A DNA stretch of 64,000 nt from Adineta vaga (taxonomy: Eukaryota > Animalia > Rotifera). The DNA is taken from positions 9,052,001 through 9,116,000 of the forward strand of contig CP075494.1 in assembly GCA_021613535.1 (NCBI GenBank). Direction: 5' to 3'. The notes beneath the pieces were generated by a model. It worked only from the letters and a program-made list of their open reading frames with translations. It ran no database searches and was not told where the DNA came from. Below are positions 28,057 to 41,903 of the stretch, piece by piece (positions within the stretch are counted from its first letter, which is position 1; each line of letters opens with the position of its first letter). A program made the position numbers and the translations under genes.

Positions 28057-30353
28057 CTAAATTGGAGAAAAAAATGTATGTAAAGGGGCTGGATAGGCTG
28101 GTGTTGGAGTATTATGATAGTTTTGTTGACGTTTTAAAATAGGAGTAGCAAGTTGTCGTTTATGTATTGATGATAAGGATTCATTAGTTTCATTATCTTC
28201 GAGATATTTTGTCCAAAAATCGGAAGATATTTGTAAGAAATTTTCAAGTATTTTCGTTTGTTTATGTGTTTCCCCGATGATATCCGCATCGGATATATGC
28301 TTTGTTGAATAACCAATTACTGATGGACCCTAAAAGAAAAAGATAAATCGATCAAAGAAAGCGAGGTTTTCTAAGAGAAAACCTTTACCATAGTTCGACT
28401 AAGATTCGAGATCGGCATTCGGCAAAGTGGTGATAATGCAACACGTTGTAAATGAAGAATAAGAAATGCTAATGTATCACGATTAGGTTTAGGTAATTGT
28501 TGAATAAGTGAATCGAATTTTTGTTGTTGAGTTAATTCCGATTCTTCATCAACAATAGCAGCAAATGATTTCCATAATGCATCGGTAAGTAAAGATTCCG
28601 AAAGTGAACGAAGAAAATCTTTGACAACACCACATATTAAATGTATATCATGATAATGTGATAAATCTAATAAACCTGTACGAGATTTAAGTAAACGTTC
28701 TTTCAACTCTTTGACTTGACCTTCAACACTGAAATCAAGAGAAATAGGATACTAATATTTATGTTTACAGCAGAATGGAATAACTTATTTCAATATAAAA
28801 AACATACACATTTAGTCGATAGATGCCAACTTCTTGTAATCCTCGTTGTTCAATTTCTTTAATACAATGTACAAGTAATGCTGGTACTTGTAATTGATTC
28901 GATTCTCGAGATGTAAATTTGGCTACAACACCACGATTTGGTGTTTTCACATTTGGTAAACAAAGTGTTGTACAATTTTCTTTACAACCCGTATGACAAA
29001 GAGCATTACATGCTTGACAACGATACGCTAATTTACCGAAATGTATACGTTTGAGACACTAAAAAGAAGTATAAAATAATTCGCATACTTTTTCAAAAAT
29101 CAATACCACACAACATGTTTCTGGTATGAGAATATTTCTTGAAATAAAATAATGTGCTTTAGAACGTAATGTTCCAATACTACATGGACTTCCTTTACTC
29201 ATTCCATTTGCTAAAGGTGTTGATGGTGTAAGAGTTTTCTGTTCTGTTGATGGACTTGTTAGTTTCAATAGTTTGGGATGAAGTGGAGTAGGTACGTCAT
29301 GTTCAGGATGATCTTGACTCTCAGAATGTTTTGACCAAAAAACATCATCTGTACTTAATTCTGATTCTTCTATAAGGAAAACAAATTTGTTGTTATATGA
29401 TATTTTATAAGGAAAGATTAAATAACCTGATTTATTATGAAGAAATTCTTTCGATGGTTTACGTATTTTTTGTTTAGCTCGTTTATGAACTGAGATTGAA
29501 TGTCGAGATGAACGTGCAACAGTTATATTTGCATAGGGTGAGCCACATAATTGATCAATTTCTACTTCATTGTTGTTCACGTCAACTTTTGCCGTTGTTG
29601 TTGTTGTTGTTGTTGTTGTTTTTGTTGAAGGTTCATATGATAACTTGAAATCATTCGTTAGATCTGATCGTTTTATTATACCAATGCCAGTTGATTGACT
29701 AACAACTTTCGGCATATATGAAGTCTCTGGATCTAATTCATCACCAGTACAATTTTTATCAGATAAATCTGCTGTTGTTTCACTCTCAGACATTATGGAA
29801 TCTCTATAGCGACAAAGAAATATATGATTTAATCATTGATGTACCGAAAATGAAAAGACAAACCGAAGAATATCACATAATTGATCATAGGTATTTTGTT
29901 CAATTATTGAACCTTTAATTCGATCTAAACATTGTTGAAGTTGAGAAAGACGTTCACTATTTCGTTTATTATGTTGAGTTAAACGAAGAATATGTGAACT
30001 AAATTCAAAAGAATCAGGTACAAAACGTACATCTCAAGATAAATATTACCTTTGTGATTGCATTTTTTTATCTTTGCGTTCCAATTCTATACGATCCTGT
30101 TCAATATGTTGTTCTAATTGATTAGCATACGCACGTAATTCATTATATTTTCGACGAAGATCATTATGAAATGTTAAAAATGTATCAAACTCTACGATAA
30201 ATACTATATGTACGATCAATATAAACATATTGTTATTAACATACCTTGATCACATGCATATTGTGCTAAAAGACTATTCTTCATAAGAGTATCTTGATAA
30301 GTGATTAGATTCTGTAATCTTGTTCTAAAATCTGTATCAGAACTAATCTCCAT
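28057..30353 (-). CDS. RACGAP1: Rac GTPase-activating protein 1 (MgcRacGAP/CYK-4; coiled coil + C1 + RhoGAP)
   Basis: N-terminal coiled coil. C1 domain HYFISRNILIPETCCVCLKRIHFGKLAYRCQACNALCHTGCKENC. RhoGAP domain VPALLVHCIKEIEQRGLQEVGIYR (Arg finger), DIHLICGVVKDFLRSL, LPKPNRDTLAFLILHLQRV, GPSVIGYS. Confidence 0.93.
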
Positions 30354-30864
30354 AATTATTTATGTACTAAGTGAATAGATAGAAAGAATAGGCCGAATAG
30401 AAAAGTTCGTTTCGATTTATATAGTGAATCTTTGTAGATATTAACCAATAAGAAAATAAGTATATGAATTTAGATTTTGAACATGAACATTACAAAGAGA
30501 ATTTCGTTCTTAAATAGATGGCGTTTGATTATATCATTCGTTATCGTCTTTTGACAATGTTTGCACAAAATTATCGCTCTCGATAAATCGTATTTTTATT
30601 CGATTATTAATATAATCACATATACAAAATTTTATAATAAAATATCAACTTCTAAAGTGCAAATATTCATTTGTCTCTTGTTTGATTTATCAACAAGAAC
30701 AATGAATAAACTAAATAGACAGAAATTATTTTTTTTTGTTTTGAGATTGCTGAAGAAAGAAAATCAGAAAGAAACACTTGGAAAAGATGAAACTAGGAGA
30801 AAGAAAAATAGTGCAAGTCTACGAAAGAAAGACGTTCGGGTAAAGCATAGATATATGTTTAGAA

Positions 30865-33761
30865 TTAGTCTTTCCAACGTTTCAACTCATCTTCCAAATC
30901 ATCAATTTTATTATTCAATTCTGAAGCATTTCGTTGTGGTGAAGAGCCAAGATTATTATTCGCTAATTTTTTATTTGTTACTGCTTCAACTTCATTATCT
31001 TCATCTTCAAAATCTTCATCATAATTTCTAGAAGAAAATAAGAATAATTTAGTTCACTCTCGAGTTTATTTTCGACTTACCCATCATCAAGATTCTCATT
31101 AGCACCATCTTCATGTGTTAAATTATCATATTCTGTTTCGGCAAATCTAACCCAATCAGATAATTCAGGTGCTTCAGGATCCTATGCATTAAATCAAGAA
31201 ATATAATTATATTTAAAAACAATTAAACAAATATTATTACTTTCAAATTTGAAAATGGATCTTTCTGTTCGTTATTCAAATATTTTTCTAGATTGAAGAA
31301 TGTATCGAAAAACACATTTGTTAATTTACATCGTTTTAAATCTTTTAATCGTATTTTATTTTCTTCTTCTGGTTTAACCAAATCTAACATCTAAATTATC
31401 ATACAAAGAAAACGTATTATCATTTAGTTCTCTAAATCATGCATACATACTTGACATATACAATCCTCAAACGGCATATATTCAATACCATAGATCTCCA
31501 TTTTATGTACTTGTTCTTGATAGAAATAATCTAATTCATACATTGACAGGATACCATCACCATCAATATCCATACAACGAAACCAATATTCGATACTAAA
31601 TTTCAAAAAAAAAGAAAACTATCTTAGTTCTTATATACACAAACGTGACTTTCAACTGTTCGACCTATGATCGATATCAGTTGACCTTCAATAAATATGA
31701 ACTACTATAGTAAGATGATAAAAGATATGTAACATACCTTGTTTGTGAACGTTTATCTTCTTCCGATATTAGAAACCATACGAATTCATAATAAGACATC
31801 TTTCCTTCTTTCATATTTGAACTACTACAAAATATCAAAATGATTTAGTTAAAATTGTAATACAAAAGTGATTTACCTTGAAATAGCACCAGAAAATATT
31901 CGATCAATCATTTTATTAGAAATTGCTATGAAACAAATTTCTTTTCAATATCAAATAAAAATAAGCAAGAACGTTTACCTCCATTACAATGTTTAGCTAA
32001 ATCATCTCGACTAATAAATAAATCATGATCAGAATCTAATTCCCAGAATTTACAATAGATAACATAGAAATGTTCATAAGAGAAATAATCATGTATACGA
32101 TTTATATCATCTTCTTGTTCAAGTCGATCGAATGTCTAATGAAAATATATCAATGTAAAGTCTAGATGTAATTTTATATTTACTTGAATAAAATTTGATC
32201 GTCTCAATTCTTGTATAGTTAATTTTCCACTCCACGATCGATTACAATTATAATAGACTCTGCCTACAACAGTTTTGATATATCTTGAATGAAATTCTTT
32301 AGCTTCGCGAAGAAATTTTAAGCCTGGATGTGTATCGATTATATCTTGTACTAAATAGTCCCAATCATCTACAGTTAAATAATGACGATTCATTGGTAAT
32401 GGGGATGATCCGGGTGAAGATGAATGTAGAAGTAAATAGATAAATTTTAATGGATGATCATGATTTGTTTTACAAACTCTAAAACAAAATAAATTGATTT
32501 TCTCATGAAAATGTCAAGTATATTTAGTTACTTAGTCCAAAATGATTCAAATTGTGTGTAATTAATCGTTGTGCTCGCTGTTATAACAGCTTTACCACCT
32601 AAACATTCATACACACACGAACGAAATAGAGGTGCTTTCCAATATAAACTTAATCCAATTAACTAGAAGAAAGAACCAATGTATATATATATGAGCTTAG
32701 AACTTTCTAACATACTTGAGCAAGTTTTCCAAAATCTTCAAGATGTAGTTTATCATGTTTAGGAACAAATAATTCTTCTTTAGCTTGTCGAAGATGTTTC
32801 GATAATATCGTTTCCGTTGTCGATGCAGGAGTCAGTTTTCCATTTGGAAAATAAAATTTCGGAATAGCTTCGACTGGTTTTGGTTTGGTTTCGATTCGAA
32901 CATTAATTGGCGTTATTTGCGGTGTAACCGTTGTAGATGGCATTGGTCGAGTAATCTTTTCATTTGATAATGTTGATGTTGGTGTTTTAGCTGTATTCGT
33001 AATGGGTGCTGGTTTATTATTGTCATGTCGTTCAGTTGGAGAAAGAACAGTGGTACTTGGTGTTCTAGGAGATTGTTCACGAGAAATATTTGATGGTGGT
33101 TGTAAAATAGGAGTTTGTTGAGATGATCTGGTTGGAGTTGTATTTGTAGTGGAAGGTGTTGAACGATTTGAAATTATATTTGTCGATGCTGAAGATGTTG
33201 ATGAAATGATATCAGGTTTAGTTGATTGTGGTGTTGAAACTTTCTCTGTGATTACCTGATATAGATGGAAACAACTATAGTAGTTCTTTTAAAATAGAGA
33301 TGAAAACTTACTGGTTGATGATCAACAGTAGTCGGAGTGGTATTATCTGTTAAAGGCTTCTTTACTATACGTAGTTTTTTGTCATCATTATTACCACTTA
33401 TACCAGGTGTAATTTCAGCAACCGAATAATTATTTGATGAACTAAAACGTGGACTTGATGGAGTTCGGGGTACAGGTGAGACAGGTGGTGAATCAAAATG
33501 TTGAGATTTTGAAAATCCTCCACCTCGTGTTGCATGAATCTGAAATAAATTTGTTCTGTTATGAAATTTCTCAATAGAAACATTTATATAAACCTTGGAA
33601 TAAACGATAGGTTCAGGCATTTTACTATTAGTTCGTACACTATGTAAAGCAGCTGAGAGCGTAGTACGTGTATCTGGTAACGAAAGCCATTGTAAGAATA
33701 GATCATTAACCATCTTAGTGATGGGTATCGATGTATTAGCGGTTGTCATTGTACTGCTCAT
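30865..33761 (-). CDS. PPP2R3: Protein phosphatase 2A regulatory subunit B'' (PR72/PR130 family, EF-hands)
   Basis: [120 protein letters not shown]. Confidence 0.95.
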
Positions 33762-33869
33762 TTTTATTATTTAATTATCACATGTATATGGACGGCATTA
33801 TATCTACAATAAACAAAACAACAACAACAACTAAGTTTTATCGATAAATTAAAAACATAGAAGTCAATA

Positions 33870-35308
33870 TCATTTATTTTCTGTTGAAAAACATTTTTCA
33901 TCATAAAATGAACTTCGTCGAAATATCCATTGATCGCAATTATTATCCGTTTTTTCGATAATAGTCATCTAAAAAAATAGAGTATATGTATAGATAAAAA
34001 TTTCAACCACTCTTTCAATATTTACTGTTAGAAAATCAATATTGCGTGTAATAGAATGTAATCGATCTCGAAGAAATTTTCCGCCACATAATTTTCGTGT
34101 ACATGTTTCTAATGTTGGAGCATGAGCTAAATGACGGCATTGATTTTTATCAGGTGAAAAAAAATACAAAAACAGTAATATATTACCGATAAATAAAATA
34201 TGCAAATGATCTTGTACAGACACTTGTTCTTGTTGAATTTGTGTGATCAATTCATTCTCATGTAGTTTTTGAATCGATGTAGTAACATGATGACTTCGTT
34301 CGTAATAATCAAATTCAGTTTCTAATGGTGAAATATCAGAAATATTCATTTGCTCGTGATAGTTTTTCTCGATAGGATATTGATTCTCCAGAAGTTCTTT
34401 TTTTGTTAGAAATCGAGGTATTGTTAGATCATTTATTGTTTCATCAGTTGTATACGGTGTGATATATTCAAGTAGACCAGGTTCGATTCTATTAAGAAAA
34501 TACAGAAATTCTTCTTCTTTGATTGAGAGCTTTACCTAATCTTAAGTTTATGATGTGATTGTAATCCCTCAAGTAGTTTTGTTGCTGTTTGAACACAGCC
34601 AAGAGATGGTGATGAATAACAATAGTGGATATCGATATTTTTTTCTCGTAAAACAGTTCCTATTTAAAAAAGAAAAATGATGAAATGTGAAACTAAAATG
34701 AAAAATTGAGTTACCAGTATGATAAGCATCTTTAAGACCTTTGAAAGTAAGTGGTGGATCGAGAGCAAAATCATATATTGAAGCACGTGATGGAACCGAT
34801 TCTCTATTGATAAAAACAAAACAAGAAGAAAATTTAACGTAAAACAGTCTTGCTAACAATTTTACGGTAAAATTGGTGAAAATCGACAGAAATTTCCATT
34901 TTTATCAAATGCTTGTTGTAACCATTGCGATGAATAATAATAATCAAGTCGTTCACCATGTCGAAGTATAAATAAACGAATTGGTCCTTGTGTAATAGGT
35001 AATGGTCTAAGAATTGGATAAGCTGTTTCATTGATAAAATTAATATTTAATGAATCATCAAATTCTGACTTTGTTTCTTGATTAGTCAATGAATTTTTCG
35101 ATAAACCAAAAACTTTATGTAAAAAGCTTCGTATACCATATTTGGACTTTTTATTCCAAGCTAAAGACTGTTGTGAGCTAATTGCCAACATCGATAATGT
35201 TGTTGGATAGACATCTAAATCAGATGGATAACTACTTGTCACTGAACATAATTCCAATTCATGATTAGGTTTATCATCATTCTCTATTTGTTCTATCGGC
35301 GCAGTCAT
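33870..35308 (-). CDS. Histidine phosphatase (phosphoglycerate mutase-like), UBASH3/STS / ecdysteroid-phosphate-phosphatase-type domain
   Basis: RLFILRHGERLD, DPPLT, YSSPSLGCVQTA, IEPGLLE, ILFIAHAPTLETCTR; no UBA or SH3 domain seen. Confidence 0.85.
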
Positions 35309-36504
35309 GTTAATAATATAACATTTGATTGATGATTTTGTGAGAAAAAACAAGTGAATGTTTTCATTCTTTGGTGTTTATACGAGAAAAACTTTTGAAT
35401 AATTGATTGATTTGTATTGTTTTTGTTTATGAAAATGATATTGAGTTCATTCATAAGATTAAAAAGAACTTGTTCTTCATCGTCTCGTTTCATATTCCAT
35501 TTGTTGTCTTCAACTGCAAATCAATAAAAATTATCCAGCAAATTAAATAATAAAATAACGTATACTATTTTTTTTTATGCTACACTCTTAAATTTAAGCT
35601 ACTCAGAATAGAAAATGTATATCAATCTGAGCATGCAAAAGCAGTCATGCGCAGGAAGTAGTAATCATGAAGTCCTTCACATTCTGTTATTTAGTTGATA
35701 GAAATGAATGTTTAAACGACGATCGTCATATGATTGATTTCCAGTATATAGATCGATATCTCTTCGAAATTACTATTCGATTTTTTTCTTCATCATCAAT
35801 ATGAAACATAGAGAAAGAAAAACAACATTATTTCTCGAGAATATTTTTTTCTACTCTCATTATAATATTATTTTTTTTTTATCATCATAATTTTCAACTT
35901 ACCTAACGGCATATATAAACAGGTATTGAGTTAACGATTTTTGACAAGGTAGACATTGAAGAGAAAAACGTTCATCTAAAAAAAAGATTTAAAGGTCAGA
36001 TGAAGAAAAAAATCTAGTATTAGTTTGTTGCTATACAACGCTCATGAAATGATTTCAAGGTAGTTTTATATACGTAGAGATATAGAAAAGAAAGAAAAAA
36101 TATGAATGAAGTGTGACAGACAGATGCGTGAAATTAAAGAATTTTTCTTCGTTCCTATTGGTTTTAAATAACCAACAAAACCGTCTTAATGACGGATGTC
36201 GCTCGTGAACGATATTTAATACTTATGTGAATGGTTTTATTATATAATCGATGGATATCTTCTTTTCTACATATAGGTTTCGAATAATGACGATTTATTT
36301 CAAGATATCTCATGAAAACATAGAAAATCGTTTCGAATTTATCACATGAATTATAAAATACTTTTGGAAAGAATTGAAAATTTATTTGGAAATCTCTCTA
36401 TATAAAATACAAATATTCAATTAAATAAATAGAATGTTACGGTAATCTTTAAAATATGCATTACAGAAGAAAAAAGAGAAAACAAATTGTGGTGGAATGA
36501 TTAT

Positions 36505-38259
36505 CTACCATTCGGCTGTTGAAAGAATATCTACAACACCAATCACTGGTGGATCACTACTCGTCACATACTGTGCTTTTGGTTCTACAAGAATCACATT
36601 TGCATCTGTTGGATCAATAGTCCATTTTAAAGCGGCATTAACAGTTATATTATAACTTTGTTTAGGAAATTGCATGGGTGGAATAAAGATTTCTGTTGGC
36701 TTCTTGATTGTTAAATCAAGATAATAGGATAAATAAAACATTCGTTGCTTAGCAATATACTGCATAGCAATCGGTTTACCAGCAATTGCACGTGCATAGA
36801 TACGTGATACACGTTGAATTGCTGATGTATGACCGAAAACATCACCCCAGAACGCCCACGATTGAAGAAATTGATCTGCAGCATCTAAACCCCAATCAAG
36901 TTGTTCATCACATGTTGGTGACCCATCACAGCCACCAAATTCAGTTAAAAATGCTGAACCACCTAATTGATTCAGGTCAGTTTGAACAGAATGAAATAAT
37001 GCTGGTCCTTCGACATCATCACAGAGAAGACGATCAACAACTGGAATGGTTGCATTACCTGGTACAGGTATAAGTGATAGAATTATACAATAATAATGGT
37101 ATGAAAGAACACTTCGATCACGATAATCATCACCACCGGGTACATGTGTAAAACCTGTACCAAAATATTTACCATTTAGTCGAACTAAAATCACGAAGAG
37201 AAATCTGTATAAAAAAAAGCAAACTACTTTCGAATCGTAACATACCACCCCAAGTAACCGGTTCATAGAAGATCAATGTATCATTATCAACTGAACGTAT
37301 CGCTTTAGCTAATTTGTCATATAATGGTTGTAAATTTTTTGCTCCTGCAATACCAGGTAGAAATAAAGTTGGATTGGTAAAAAAATCTCCAGCCCAAGGT
37401 TCATTGATAAGTTCGTATCTTCGAAATAAGAAGAAAAGTTTTTTTTAATTCAAATTCATACAGATTTGTCTTTTACCCAATCACATTTGGTTGATCTTTG
37501 AATGTACTAGCTACTAATCGCCAAAAATTACTCATTGATTCAACAGCACCACCAACATTGTCATATAAACATTGAAAACCATGCGAACATGCTTGTGTTA
37601 AATAACTAGAATTCGATACAATAATATGTGATATTCGGATTTCTTTTCTCTATTGATTTCTACTTACAGATCAAACCAACTTAAACCTGTAGCTGACTTA
37701 AATGGCCAAGGATCTAAAATTAAATGAATGAAAGAAAATCCAATAAGAAATCTTATTTTCTTACATGGATGATCTGGTGGAGGAAATCGATCATATAACC
37801 ACGCAGGTATGCCGTCGTAACTTCCCGTGCGACTTGATAATAAATCTTGATGCATATCAAACAAAACAAATATTTGATTTGATTCAAGTAATTCAACAAT
37901 TTGTTTCATTACATTCAAATAAGTAACATTATATTTTTGTGGTTGAGGTTCAACACCTGCCCACATCATTCTAAAGTATAAAACAATCATAATTCGATAA
38001 GAACAAGATCAAATCAATACCCAAGTCGAATGAAATTAACACCCCATTGTGAAAGATTTGCTACATTAACAGGATCCAATAGTTCTGGTGGATACCATGG
38101 AGGTCCTTTCAAAACGAAATTAATACCATGATAAATTCTAGCACGTCCTGAATCATCAATAATTAACGAATCTGTTACATGAACATTTGCTGAACCGTTA
38201 CAGTAATTAATTAATAGAAAAAAAGAAAGAACGACGAAGATAGAAAATTTTTGTTTCAT
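36505..38259 (-). CDS. Secreted GH5 endoglycoceramidase-like glycosidase
   Basis: Signal peptide, then IDDSGRARIYHGINFVLKGPPW, NFIRLGMMWAGVEP, VLFDMHQD, YDGIPAW, GYELINEPWAG (acid/base Glu), VLSYHYYC, FLTEFG (nucleophile Glu), SRIYARAIAGKP and a C-terminal beta domain (PTEIFIP). Confidence 0.9.
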
Positions 38260-38982
38260 CTTCAAATAATAATATAATATTCATTATCATCATTTTTATT
38301 TATATCAAAGATAAGAGCACACAACTCTTTTTATCAATATCTTACAATTTGAAAAGAAAGAAAAAAAAAGGAGAACGGAATACTTGACATGACCTAGATC
38401 TTATTAGAAATGCACTGATGATCGATTGAACGTAACTGTCAGTTATCTTCTGATACTAGTGAATTAATTAGATATTCAAACTTTTAATAAAACAAAGAGA
38501 TTGCCAAGATTTGTTTAGAATGAAAACTTGGAGTAGTGGTAGAACTTCAAACGCAGATAATTATAAAAAATTATTTGATGAAAAACAAATAAACGTAATA
38601 CGAAGCAAATGTATAGACCAATAAACATATGGAGTCGATAGAGAGTGCCAGAAGTTGATATGTAAATTTTATATTACTTCTATTATTTCATTTTGTTATT
38701 TATGGTAAATAGAGTTCACATATTCAGATCTCGTTGACATTTATACTTAGTGAACTTTCTTCTCTATTTAATAAGCATACAAATATTGATGACTATTTAT
38801 GTTTCAGAGAAGTGATCTGGCCAGTCAATTGCTGTTTTTTTTAGAAAGAATCAGTTTAAAGTAGAAGATGATAGATAAAATATCATCCAATAATTCTACA
38901 ATATCCAGATTGTATAATAAATTAGCTAGAATATATGAAACAGAAACGTTCTATAAATATTAATAGAATTTGTTTTTGTTAG

Positions 38983-39597
38983 TTAAAACGGTGTCTTTGG
39001 TCGTTTTTTCAAATACTCGGCAATTTTCGGATGCTTTTCGACTTCCGCACGATTTTTTCGTAACCATGGATAATTTTCCAAACAATTCTCGTCACACTGA
39101 AGAATTGTTTCTCCAAGATCATAGAAAAATAAATCTGCCCATGTCAATTGATTATCAACAAAATAAATACCACCATTACTATACAATCCAGCTAAAGTTT
39201 CCAGATTTTTCAAATAGTCTGCTAAATCATTGCCAAAAGTTTGTAATAACTGTTGTTTTTTACTGCCAGTTTTTTCTTGACGAATAGACATGATTACCGA
39301 AAGAATATCATTGATCGTATCAGCAACAGCTTCAACTTTTGCCTGTTCAATATTATCTCTACCAGCTAAATGAAATTGTTTAGCAAGAAAACGTGCAATC
39401 GTAGTTGATTGTACTATTTTAATATTATTATATTCAAGAACAGGTATTTGACCTAACGGCGTTTCGGGTTTATGTGCTGGCCATTCTTGAAATTCGTAAC
39501 GTACGTCATCATATTTTTGACCAGCTACAGTAAAAATCAAACGAGAGACTTCGGCACGACCACGAGCATTGAAGTAGTAGAGTTTGTAGATAGACAT
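38983..39597 (-). CDS. Glutathione S-transferase, sigma class, intronless
   Basis: YKLYYFNARGRAEVSRLIF, PLGQIPVL, QSTTIARFLAKQFHLAG, LTWADL, IAEYLKKRPKTPF; 204 aa. Confidence 0.95.
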   Translation of the reverse strand: MSIYKLYYFNARGRAEVSRLIFTVAGQKYDDVRYEFQEWPAHKPETPLGQIPVLEYNNIKIVQSTTIARFLAKQFHLAGRDNIEQAKVEAVADTINDILSVIMSIRQEKTGSKKQQLLQTFGNDLADYLKNLETLAGLYSNGGIYFVDNQLTWADLFFYDLGETILQCDENCLENYPWLRKNRAEVEKHPKIAEYLKKRPKTPF

Positions 39598-40249
39598 TGG
39601 TGATATTTGAAGAAGAAATGAGAATAAGTAATAAGCAGATCATCACCTTTATATACAAGAAGGAAGTTGATTGCAAATACGCTTGTTCTTCTGTTCTCTA
39701 TTATTTTTGCCTCGTCATTATTATTTGAAAAATTACAAGGCTCGAGAAATCGGAGGAGATCGATGACAATGTCTATTTTACTTCCAAACAAAGATACATG
39801 TAAAGCTGTAAGTTTTATTTTGCCGATTTGAATGACAAATCTCTTTTGTAATGTCATTTAAAGATCAAATAACCTAAGACTAGCACATACGCTTTAAAAT
39901 GATTGGTATTGGTAGGAATAGTTTGATAACAACTAAACCTCGTCTGTCAATAGATACATACATGTGTAACTTGACGAATGAGCAACTGCGAACCAATTGA
40001 CTTAGATCGTCGCTGATAAGGATGATATCTTTACTCGTGAGTTAAGAAATATAAAGATATTCTATTTTTTCACCTGAAGATTGTCATGAATGTGTTAATT
40101 TAAAGAAAGCAAATGGAAAAATTAAGATAGATTACTATTTCTACAGTACGATCAACCAATCACGATGTCATTCAGATACTTGTCATAATAATTCAATATA
40201 GCTGATTTTATTTTCAATTATTCTCATGAATTCTCCTCAACTTGAGTGC

Positions 40250-41389
40250 AGATACGAACTTAGATAAACTTCTTTAGATACTATAGGAGAATTTCTTATG
40301 GAAACAATTTCATCTCTTTTGCAACTAATCCATACATCAATTATTGGGAACATGCCGTTTATTGGTGGATCAGACATGTTGATAACAAATTGATAGTTGA
40401 CCATTTGATACATTCAGCATTTATTGTTGAACCACTCCATGTAATATCATTACATAGGAAAGATAGAAGTCGAAAGTTGGGTATATCGTGAATAAGATCA
40501 ATAACATGTATATGACTATCAAGTATGATTGTAAGAACTTCACATTGACGTTCAAGAGGTGATGAAATGAAATATCATTGAGAATGGTCAATAAATATAA
40601 TTGCGGTACTTGATCCAAAAGTATCTGTAGAGAACGATAACCTCCAAGCATTTGTTGTGAAGTTTCAACTGATATCACTTGATTTAAAGATATTTCGTAT
40701 AGTTTGAAATAAATACATTTTCCATTCGATCACTTAAATAAGAACTATCATTAGGATGAGTTGATATTAAATGATTTTCAGTAAAATCTTCTTCAAAATC
40801 GAACGCATATGGTAATGTATAGGTGGTTGATACCTTCGGACTGGTAACGTTAATGCGATTGGCCAGTGGCCAATAATAAACAACAAAACATTGATGTTCT
40901 TCAATCCAAAAAAAGACGTTCAAAATGAATTGATAAAGCGTTCGATGTCTTTGTATGTATAATAAATATAACTGAGCATTCGAAATCGTAATATGTTGAA
41001 GTGAGGAGAACATTCTCAAATAATTTCTTTTCATTCATCACCACTCAATGCAATACAATTTTCCTCAAGTTGTATTGGTAAATTACGTAAATCAAGTAAA
41101 TTTTGAAAAATACGTCTTAATCTGAAATAATCTCCATCAAATGAAATATGGAAAGATTTAAGTAATACCAAAGCAGTTTCATTTGGGCGATAATCTATAT
41201 TTTGATGAGTTTTAACATGAAGTCATCTTTTGTCACATATTAGAAATCGAAATACGACGTTTTACATAGTTCAAAGATAAGTTTATGGGCACGAGGGATG
41301 AGACCATAGAATCCATGAATGAAATCAACGCCATTGAAACACTTGAATATTTCCTAGAGTAATTCATTAGTAAACGATTCTAAAAGCAT
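40250..41389 (-). pseudogene. Degenerate F-box/LRR-type gene
   Basis: Starts MLLESFTNELL*EIFKCFNGVDFIHGFYGL, an F-box pattern with an in-frame TAG at 41356-41354. Downstream fragments in shifting frames (FWIEEHQCFVVYYW...YTLPYAF, LQILLDQVPQLYLLTI). 3' boundary is approximate. Confidence 0.7.
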
Positions 41390-41903
41390 TACACGACAAT
41401 TGTTCATTCTGTAAAATCTCCTTCCTTTCTCTTTTGTTCTTTGGAACAAATTTCAATATTTCGTTGAAACAAAAATAAAATCATTTTTTTGTCATGGCTA
41501 TCGACGAGTTTATCATCCTTATAAATTAGTATATATCACCAGTGAATCATTGATGGCTATATGTATAAATATCGTTATCTATTCTAATTTCCTTCTTTTA
41601 TGATATTTAAGTATGCCTTAGACATATTCTCGTAATGGCGATGGCTTTGTTCTAAATAACCGATAAAATAGACCAATTTGATAGTATATGTATATATAAA
41701 TTCTTTAATAAAAACAATTCATAATATATGTGACTTTCATATAGTTGTATTCTGAATATCTACTGCCATCTGATCATAGCTAATATATAAACCATTCGAT
41801 TAGTTCATATTATCGTTTTAAAATGAATCATGAATTTTACGTTGATCTGTAATTTGCTCTATTTCAAACCATATATTCAACTTAAAACCTTTCTAGATTC
41901 AAT

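Noticed and set aside
30561-31031. 156-aa + strand ORF
   Set aside because: Low-complexity antisense to the PPP2R3 last exon and 3'UTR; no recognisable domain.
18719-41389. Eight consecutive minus-strand genes as one large operon
   Set aside because: Most gaps are 0.5-3 kb with their own promoter-like sequence; only the histidine phosphatase-PPP2R3 junction is tight enough to suggest co-transcription.
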